Assembly (NCBI GenBank): GCA_945870865.1
Contig: CAMBTO010000003.1
Span: 11,478 to 75,477 of the forward strand
Reading direction: 5' to 3'
Length of the DNA: 64,000 nt
Origin: Klebsiella pneumoniae
Lineage (GTDB): Bacteria; Pseudomonadota; Gammaproteobacteria; Eutrophobiales; Eutrophobiaceae
The notes under the pieces are model-generated. The model saw only the letters and a list, made by a program, of their open reading frames with translations. It did not search any database and had not been told where the DNA came from. This document shows, one piece after another, positions 57,244-64,000 of the stretch (its first letter is position 1; the number at the start of each line of letters is the position of its first letter). A program made the position numbers and the translations under genes.

Positions 57244-59865
57244 ATGAATTCTTCAGCCACGGCGATGGGTGTAATTACCGTCTGTGCAATCCTGACGGTG
57301 GGTTTGTGGGCAGCATTCAACCAGCCGGTGATGGAACCACCCTGGCCCGAGACATTACAAGGTATGGCCTTTTCGCCATACCGTGCTGATCAGGATGGTG
57401 TAGCCGGTATCATGCCAACCGCGGAAGAGATAGATGAAGACCTGGTCATGCTGGCGGGCAAGACCCATGCGGTTCGTACTTACACAACGGAAGGTGTATT
57501 TTTTGAAGTACCGGGCCTGGCTGCCAGACATAATATCAACGTAACTATCGGCGCCTGGGTAGACCAACGCCTGAAGCACAATGAAGAGGAAATCGAAAGG
57601 GCGATAAGGCTCTCGTCACACCGTAATGTCATACGTGTCATTATCGGTAACGAGGTAATGTTACGTAACGATGTGCCGATTGAGACCATGATCAAATATC
57701 TGGATCATGCCCGTCGCAATATAGACAGGCCCGTCAGTACGGCGGAGACCTGGAGCACCTGGATGCAGTATCCGGAGCTTGCCGACCACGTTGATTTTAT
57801 CGCGGTGCATATTCTGCCGTTCTGGGAGGGCCTTGAGGTTTCCACTGCCGTCAGTTTCGTCGCTGAAAAAATGGATCAGTTGAAGGCGAGATATCCGGAC
57901 AAACAGATAATCATCGGTGAAGTGGGTTGGCCGAGTGAGGGTCGTACCCGTTATGATGCGGTTGCCTCTGAATCGAATGAAGCGCTGTTCCTGAGGCGTT
58001 TCTTCAAGCTCGCCGAACATGAAGACTATATCTATTATGTGATGGAGGCATTTGACCAGCCCTGGAAGATCCAGATTGAAGGGGCGGTCGGCGCGTACTG
58101 GGGTATCTATAACGTCCAGCGTCAGCCAAAATTTCCGTTTAATGAACCAATAGTCAGGGTGCCGGAATGGCAAATGCTGGCCGGCATTACTGTCGTTATC
58201 GGGATTATCCTGCTCAGCATCATCTATTTTACCAGCCGGACCGTGAATACCCAGGGCAAGACCTTTCTGGCGTTTATTGTTTATGGCTTGGTCACCATCT
58301 GTGCCTGGGTCATCTACGATTATACGAACCAGTATCTGACCCGCACCAGTATCGTCGTCGGTATTGTGCTGCTGATTTGTATGCTTGGGATCATCCTTTG
58401 TCTGTTGTCCGAGGCCCACGAGTGGATCGAGGCGCACTGGATCAGCGGTCGTCGCAGGACATATAACAAACCAGCTGTTGATCCTGCCTTTAAACCAAAG
58501 GTGTCTGTCCATGTCCCGGCCTACAACGAGCCACCGGACATGTTAATCGAGACACTGAATGCATTGGCCGATATGGATTATCCAAATTTTGAGGTCATCG
58601 TTGTTGATAATAATACGAAGGACGAGGCCGTGTGGAAGCCGGTCGAGGCCCATTGCCAGCTACTAGGTGACAGGTTCAAGTTCCATCATGTAGATCCGTT
58701 GACTGGCTTCAAGGCCGGTGCGCTGAATTACGCGCTGCGACACACCGCAGCGGACGTCGAGGTGCTGGCCTATATTGACAGTGACTATGTCGTATCACGC
58801 GACTGGCTGAAGGATCTGGTTCCGGCATTCAATGACGGTAAGGTAGCCATCGTGCAGGCACCCCAGGACTATCGTGATGCGGATGAAAATGCATTCAAGG
58901 CGATGTGTTATGTCGAGTACCGCGGCTTTTTCCATATTGGCATGATCACCCGCAATGATCGCAATGCAATCATCCAGCACGGCACCATGACGATGGTACG
59001 CAGAAGTACGATGGAACATGTAGGCGGTTGGGCGGAGTGGTGTATTACCGAGGATGCCGAGCTCGGCCTGCGTATATTTGAGGAGGGCCTGGAGGCACAC
59101 TACACGCCGTCCAGTTACGGTCGTGGCCTGATTCCGGATACCTTTCTCGATTACAAGAAACAACGTCATCGCTGGGCCTACGGTTCTGTGCAGATTATCA
59201 AGAAACACTTACATGCGCTGTTTGTACCCGGCGGCAACAGCAAACTGACCGCCGGTCAGCGCTATCACTTCGTGGCCGGGTGGTTACCCTGGTTTGCAGA
59301 CGGTGCCAACCTGGTATTCAATCTGTTTGCGATCCTCTGGTCCGTTGGCATGATGTACAACCCGCTGTTTTTTGAGGCGCCATTAATGGTGTTTTCGATC
59401 TTGCCGATCACGTTCTTTGCGTTCAAGATGGCAAAGTTGTTTCACCTTTACCGGCAGCAGATCGGTGCAAGTATGATTCAGGTATTTGCTGCGGCGATTG
59501 CCGGCTTGTCACTTTCGCATACGATCGGTCAGGCAATGTTGTATGGTATGTTTACCAACAACCAGCCATTCATACGCACACCTAAACGGTCAAATCCGTC
59601 TGCCTTACTGAGTGCCTTTACCTCGGCGTATGAAGAGACCCTGATGCTGATTGGGTTTGTGCTGGCGATATTGACACTGAACTCGATACCGCGGGTGGAC
59701 AGCCCTGATTTTCGCATGTGGATAGTATTGCTCGGTATGCAATGTATACCGTATGCCGCAACCTTGCTGACATCGCTGATCAGTGTCTCGCCAATACCGG
59801 CCCGCTGGATAGGCCAGATAATAGAGAAAAAATCCGATTTGACGGTTGAGCCCAAAAAAGGCTAG
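57244..59865 (+). CDS. ndvB: NdvB-like beta-glucan synthase: N-terminal GH17 domain + TM segments + C-terminal processive GT2 domain
   Basis: 873 aa. GH17 motifs are IIGNEV and GEVGWPSEG. GT2 motifs are VVDNNT, IDSDY and TEDAEL, plus QRHRWAYG (QxxRW). Confidence 0.82.
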   Translation: MNSSATAMGVITVCAILTVGLWAAFNQPVMEPPWPETLQGMAFSPYRADQDGVAGIMPTAEEIDEDLVMLAGKTHAVRTYTTEGVFFEVPGLAARHNINVTIGAWVDQRLKHNEEEIERAIRLSSHRNVIRVIIGNEVMLRNDVPIETMIKYLDHARRNIDRPVSTAETWSTWMQYPELADHVDFIAVHILPFWEGLEVSTAVSFVAEKMDQLKARYPDKQIIIGEVGWPSEGRTRYDAVASESNEALFLRRFFKLAEHEDYIYYVMEAFDQPWKIQIEGAVGAYWGIYNVQRQPKFPFNEPIVRVPEWQMLAGITVVIGIILLSIIYFTSRTVNTQGKTFLAFIVYGLVTICAWVIYDYTNQYLTRTSIVVGIVLLICMLGIILCLLSEAHEWIEAHWISGRRRTYNKPAVDPAFKPKVSVHVPAYNEPPDMLIETLNALADMDYPNFEVIVVDNNTKDEAVWKPVEAHCQLLGDRFKFHHVDPLTGFKAGALNYALRHTAADVEVLAYIDSDYVVSRDWLKDLVPAFNDGKVAIVQAPQDYRDADENAFKAMCYVEYRGFFHIGMITRNDRNAIIQHGTMTMVRRSTMEHVGGWAEWCITEDAELGLRIFEEGLEAHYTPSSYGRGLIPDTFLDYKKQRHRWAYGSVQIIKKHLHALFVPGGNSKLTAGQRYHFVAGWLPWFADGANLVFNLFAILWSVGMMYNPLFFEAPLMVFSILPITFFAFKMAKLFHLYRQQIGASMIQVFAAAIAGLSLSHTIGQAMLYGMFTNNQPFIRTPKRSNPSALLSAFTSAYEETLMLIGFVLAILTLNSIPRVDSPDFRMWIVLLGMQCIPYAATLLTSLISVSPIPARWIGQIIEKKSDLTVEPKKG

Positions 59866-59923
59866 TTTGATACCGGTATAAGTCCGGAAACTACCGGACA
59901 TATCCGGTCATACGGGGGCAGAA

Positions 59924-60487
59924 ATGCATCAACAGTCCGGTAACACTGAGTCAGTAGTGTATGCGCAAATCCAGCTAGAGCTGCGCAATATCAACCAGCT
60001 GTTTCATTCGATGGACCCATCACCGTTCCGCGAGAAAGATCTCGATGTCAACGCAGAAGAATTTATCGTTTCCTGGGCCGGGGAATTACCGGGCTCCGAT
60101 CAGTTTTTGCTGAAGATCCATCTGCTGGAAGCGACGCTGCCCGAGCGTGACGAGAAACATATCGGTGATGCGGCCAGGAATTATTTCAATTACCGTGCCG
60201 AACAATATGCCCTGCGCCAGCGTGAATTGCTGCGCGAAGGCTGGATGAACCTCGGAATTGGACTGACATGCTGCCTGCTGCTGGCCCGCTATCTATTGCA
60301 ATTTGGTACCGGCACGCTGGTAGCAATTGCCCAAGAAAGCCTGATTATCGGCGGTTGGGTCGCCATGTGGCGACCGATGCAAATCTTCCTGTATGACCGC
60401 TGGCCAATTCGTCGTATGCAGACGCTGTACAGACGTCTTGGAAATATGGAGGTAAAAGTGGTGCCCAGGGAGAGCCCGTCACCTTGA
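59924..60487 (+). CDS. Hypothetical membrane protein (2 C-terminal TM segments) downstream of ndvB-like gene
   Basis: 187-aa ORF on the same strand, 58 nt after the glucan synthase. I recognise no family. Confidence 0.45.
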   Translation: MHQQSGNTESVVYAQIQLELRNINQLFHSMDPSPFREKDLDVNAEEFIVSWAGELPGSDQFLLKIHLLEATLPERDEKHIGDAARNYFNYRAEQYALRQRELLREGWMNLGIGLTCCLLLARYLLQFGTGTLVAIAQESLIIGGWVAMWRPMQIFLYDRWPIRRMQTLYRRLGNMEVKVVPRESPSP

Positions 60488-61636
60488 TGTAGCTGCCTCG
60501 TCCTGCGGACTGATACGCAACAGCTTTCCATTAGTATCGTCTGTCAATAACCAGATATCACCTTCCGATCCCTGTATCACCTCCCGAATACGGCCGAACT
60601 GAAAGTCGAGCAGGCGCTCTTCCGATGTGACCCTTTCATCCTCAAGCTCCAGCCGCACCAGCAGACCGAATTTCAGCGAACCGACAAACAGATTGCCCCG
60701 CCAGTTCGGAAAGCGATCAGCGGTATAAAACAGCATGCCGGACGGTGCAATTGAAGGTACCCATTTATAAACAGGTTGTTCCATGCCGGCCAGATGTGTG
60801 CCTTCACCAATTGCGGTGCCGATGACATAGTTGACTCCATAGGTGATCACCGGCCAGCCATAATTTGCACCGGGACGATTGATATTGATCTCATCTCCTC
60901 CCTGCGGCCCGTGTTCATGTGTCCAGATGAGTTGCGTCTGCGGGTGTAACGTAATGCCCTGCATATTGCGATGGCCATAGCTGTAAATTTCCGTTTTTAC
61001 CCCCGGTTGCTTGGTGAATGGGTTGTCGGTGGGGACAGTGCCATCCTCATTGATACGGATGAGTGATCCCGGGTGGGTGTCCAGTTGTTGAGCCGTATGT
61101 CCACGGCCCTGCGAGGGTCGGGCGCCACGATCACCGAGCGTGATGAACAGCTTGCCGTCTGGTGCAAACTGGAGGCGGGAACCAAAATGGTAGCCACCGT
61201 CCTGTTTGGGCAGGGCCTTGAAGATCACCTTTGAGTCTTTCAGTGTCATGACATCCAGCGTGCCGCGTATTACCTCGGTACCATAATCACCATAACTACC
61301 GCCGGTATAGGACAGGTAAAGCACATGATTCGTGGCAAACTGTGGATGTAATGTGATTCCGAGCAGACCGCCCTGATCTATCGCCTGGATTTCCGGCAGT
61401 CCGCTTATGGATTGTTCCAGCAATTTGCCATCATGCACACGTCGCAATTTTCCGCTGCGTTCGGTGATCAACAGATCACCGCCTGGCAGGAAGGCCATTC
61501 CCCAGGGGTGGTCCAGTCCCTCTACCACCACGTCGACACGAAAGTTATGTTTTGCAGACGTGAAGTCAGTGGCCTGTGTGCCAGTAACGGTCAGCGCCAG
61601 CAGCTGTAAAGCGAGGGCCAGTTTGTAGACGTTCAT
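60479..61636 (-). CDS. PQQ-dependent soluble sugar dehydrogenase (YliI/sorbosone dehydrogenase family)
   Basis: 385 aa with a signal peptide. Motifs: GLDHPWGMAFLPGG, LITERSG, GHRNMQGI, HEHGPQGGDEIN and GANYGWP. Confidence 0.85.
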   Translation of the reverse strand: MNVYKLALALQLLALTVTGTQATDFTSAKHNFRVDVVVEGLDHPWGMAFLPGGDLLITERSGKLRRVHDGKLLEQSISGLPEIQAIDQGGLLGITLHPQFATNHVLYLSYTGGSYGDYGTEVIRGTLDVMTLKDSKVIFKALPKQDGGYHFGSRLQFAPDGKLFITLGDRGARPSQGRGHTAQQLDTHPGSLIRINEDGTVPTDNPFTKQPGVKTEIYSYGHRNMQGITLHPQTQLIWTHEHGPQGGDEININRPGANYGWPVITYGVNYVIGTAIGEGTHLAGMEQPVYKWVPSIAPSGMLFYTADRFPNWRGNLFVGSLKFGLLVRLELEDERVTSEERLLDFQFGRIREVIQGSEGDIWLLTDDTNGKLLRISPQDEAATSR

Positions 61637-61645
61637 TCTACCTGC

Positions 61646-62902
61646 TCAGAACCAGCCTGGCACAATCAGGAGTAGCCACACAAACAAGGGTCCAACCGCC
61701 ACCAGAATCGCACTGTATACCAGCATCTGTCGGTAAAACCGATCCTTGTCCGTTCCGTGAGAATTGGCGACCACGAGGGCGCCGTTGGTTGAGAAGGGAC
61801 TGACATCAACGATGGTCGAGGCCACGGCAATCGCGGAAACCACACCGACCGCTTCGATATTTCCCTGCAACAGAAACGGCACAGCGAGAGGTATGGTGGC
61901 ACCCAGCACGGCTACCGAGGAGGCGAACGCGGAGACGATACCACCGATATAACATAATAGCAGCGCACCCAGCAGCGGTACGCCGATACTGGTCACACTG
62001 TTACCCGCCATATCCACGGCACCGACCTTTTGCAGCACGGCGATATAGGTAATCACACCCGTAATCAGTAGCACGGTAGACCAGCTGACCTGATCGACGG
62101 CATTTTTCTGCTCATGTGGCGCGAGCAAGGCCAGCAAGACGGCGACCGATATCGCCACCAGGCCGACATTCAGGTCAAACGCGAGTGAACCGACACCGAG
62201 TATGACCAGACCGGCGAGTGTGAACGAGCGATGCGGGTTCAAGCCAGTGTTCAACAGTTCCGGTTCGGATTGCTCCGGGTTTATCATCGCGTTGGCCGCG
62301 CGTGAGGCACGGTGACCGCCAAAATAGAAAAAGATGATGACAGCGATCACGAAGTTTATGATGAGGCTGGACATGAACAGGGCAAACTCATTGCCCGGTA
62401 AGCCCGCGGTCTTGACCACCTGATTGGTAATGCTTCCATAAATACTGACCGGTGAAAATCCACCTGCCTGGGCACCGTGGATGACCATCAGCCCCATCAG
62501 TAACGGGCTGATACGGTATTTGTAGGCAAAGCTGAGCGCAATCGGTGCGATGATGGCAACGGCCGCCGGACTGACCGCACCGACGCTGGTCAAACCCCCG
62601 GTCATGATGAACATAACCCAGGGCATTGCCGCTATCCGCCCCTGTACCAGCCACACGGCCTTGTGTACCAGCCAGTCTATCGTCCCGTTTTTCTGGGCGA
62701 TGGCGAACAGGTAGGTGATACCGACAAGAGTCACAAACAGGTCGGCCGGAAATCCGGCAAACACGTCCTTTGTCGGCATTTCTGCCAGCATACCGATGAT
62801 AAACGCACCCACAAAGGCCAGCGCACCCATATTGATGGGCAAGGCTGTGGCGATAATAAACATGATTGCCAGACCCACTATGGCAGAAATTTCGACAGAC
62901 AT
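61646..62902 (-). CDS. Anion permease of the ArsB/NhaD (ion transporter) superfamily, CitMHS/DASS-like
   Basis: 418 aa and highly hydrophobic, with about 11-12 TM segments. The family-level call is approximate. Confidence 0.65.
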   Translation of the reverse strand: MSVEISAIVGLAIMFIIATALPINMGALAFVGAFIIGMLAEMPTKDVFAGFPADLFVTLVGITYLFAIAQKNGTIDWLVHKAVWLVQGRIAAMPWVMFIMTGGLTSVGAVSPAAVAIIAPIALSFAYKYRISPLLMGLMVIHGAQAGGFSPVSIYGSITNQVVKTAGLPGNEFALFMSSLIINFVIAVIIFFYFGGHRASRAANAMINPEQSEPELLNTGLNPHRSFTLAGLVILGVGSLAFDLNVGLVAISVAVLLALLAPHEQKNAVDQVSWSTVLLITGVITYIAVLQKVGAVDMAGNSVTSIGVPLLGALLLCYIGGIVSAFASSVAVLGATIPLAVPFLLQGNIEAVGVVSAIAVASTIVDVSPFSTNGALVVANSHGTDKDRFYRQMLVYSAILVAVGPLFVWLLLIVPGWF

Positions 62903-63150
62903 TAACTAACCCCCTTCCCCGAATGTATTTAACTGATTATCCGGACAGAAACTATCGAATTAAGCGCCCGCTGACAATAGCCTTATGGAATATTTTTCAG
63001 TTGTCTGTTTTTTGACTTGCTGTAATCTGGGCAGTGGACAGCTTGATGTAACGGCACGTCCGTATTCGCTGCCAGGATTCCAGGAGGGCAGGGCAGTTAC
63101 GGAATCCCTAAAATAGTATTGTCAGAGATCGCCATATTCAGGAGTCCAGA

Positions 63151-63807
63151 GTGTCAGAGATACAGGATCAGACCAATATACCCGTCGGCGAGCAGGCTTA
63201 CTTTGCCCTGGTTGAAACTATTTTATGGGAAGACTGTTGCGGGTTCTGGTTATTGATCGAGCATCTGCAACGGTTAAAAGCATCAGCCGAACAGTTTTCG
63301 TTTGCATACGATGAGGCACGCATACTCGCGCAACTGGATGATGTGGTGAAAAATCTGGTTTGTGACAGCCTGGTCCGGGTCGAGTTACACAGCGACGGTG
63401 TCCTGAACATGATGGCAAAACCGGCGAGCGAAGATCGGCGGCCAGTGCGGGCGTCACCGGCCAAAAAACCGGTCGATAGTGACAATGTCTTTTTATATCA
63501 CAGCACCACACGCAATGATCATATTCACGAACTTACCAGCGGTGTCGAGGGTGCAGATGAGGTCCTGTTGTGGAACAACCGGGAGGAAGTCATCGGGTCT
63601 GCCACTTCCAACCTGGTCGTCGAACTTGATGGCCTTTATTACACCCCGCCGTCAGGTAATGGCGTTCGTCCTGGCACCTGCCGGGCCAACCTGATGCAGC
63701 AGGGCCGCCTGGTAGAACGCCCAATACTGCTTGAAGAGTTAAAAAACTGCACAAAGGTTTATCTGATTAACTCTCAAATAGGCTGGCGTGAGGTCATACT
63801 CGTCTGA
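63151..63807 (+). CDS. Class IV aminotransferase fold protein (aminodeoxychorismate lyase-like)
   Basis: 218 aa with a GTG start. Supporting segments are LVETILW...HLQRLKASA and EVLLWNNREEV.GSATSNLVVELDG..YTPP...G.RPG. Confidence 0.6.
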   Translation: MSEIQDQTNIPVGEQAYFALVETILWEDCCGFWLLIEHLQRLKASAEQFSFAYDEARILAQLDDVVKNLVCDSLVRVELHSDGVLNMMAKPASEDRRPVRASPAKKPVDSDNVFLYHSTTRNDHIHELTSGVEGADEVLLWNNREEVIGSATSNLVVELDGLYYTPPSGNGVRPGTCRANLMQQGRLVERPILLEELKNCTKVYLINSQIGWREVILV

Positions 63808-63833
63808 TCTCACTGAGAATCCAGAACTGTGAT

Positions 63834-64000
63834 CTAGAAATTGCCACTAACCGAGATAAAGAATCGCGTCCCGTCATTACGGTCGCGCAATACGGTCCGG
63901 CGGATCGGGCTGAGGTCGCGCAGGCCCTGATACAGATAACGGTCTCGTGACTGGTTGACGTTCATCAGATTCTGGCCGTCAACCCGGATCTTCAAATCCC
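63834..64000 (-). CDS. TonB-dependent receptor, C-terminal fragment (remainder beyond the window end)
   Basis: Manual minus-strand translation ends ...NDGTRFFISVSGNF followed by a stop. The terminal aromatic residue and beta-strand pattern are typical of a TBDR barrel. The frame stays open to position 64000. Confidence 0.65.
   Translation of the reverse strand, partial: DLKIRVDGQNLMNVNQSRDRYLYQGLRDLSPIRRTVLRDRNDGTRFFISVSGNF

Overview
This 64-kb chromosomal segment looks gammaproteobacterial, judging by local gene pairs (prmB-aroC, cstA-ybdD, cbpA-cbpM) and by mutS, htpG, mgtE and yaiI. I support about 55 protein-coding genes. I recognised no rRNA, tRNA, CRISPR array, IS element, integrase or prophage. 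The window runs from a partial mutS on the minus strand at the left edge, which the ORF track misses because it runs off the window, to a partial TonB-dependent receptor at the right edge.

Main points:
1. A roughly 21-kb block (24.7-45.9 kb) is centred on a photolyase gene.
   - To its left is a translationally coupled minus-strand operon. It encodes a delta9-type desaturase, an FAD/NAD oxidoreductase, DUF1365, a CFA-synthase-like methylase, DUF2878-like, DUF1295 and DUF1475-like proteins, a TonB-dependent receptor, a second FAD oxidoreductase and an SDR. An OmpR-type two-component system sits upstream.
   - To its right are a sterol-desaturase-family hydroxylase, an AhpD/CMD-like protein and a five-gene coupled operon. 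That operon encodes an ArsS-like radical SAM/Cys-rich protein, a DedA(TVP38)-FAD disulfide reductase fusion, a GT2, DUF2064 and a secreted DUF3047 protein. No product is known to me for this operon; it is my best candidate for an uncharacterised system.
2. Two tandem secreted amidohydrolase-3 paralogs both carry YNDGDN where the family's HxH metal motif is expected.
3. Several genes show independent inactivating lesions: a MASE1/EAL remnant, an orphan hcp, a methyltransferase, cbpA and cbpM. This suggests ongoing gene decay.
4. A REP-like structured repeat family (GTAG followed by a hairpin core, nested in long variable stems) occurs at 17.8 kb and 51.7 kb. Related hairpins and motifs occur at 24.7, 46.05 and 49.5 kb.
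5. Other notable genes are a RidA domain with a histone-H1-like Lys/Ala tail and an NdvB-like GH17+GT2 glucan synthase.

All family calls come from motif recognition by eye. No searches were run.
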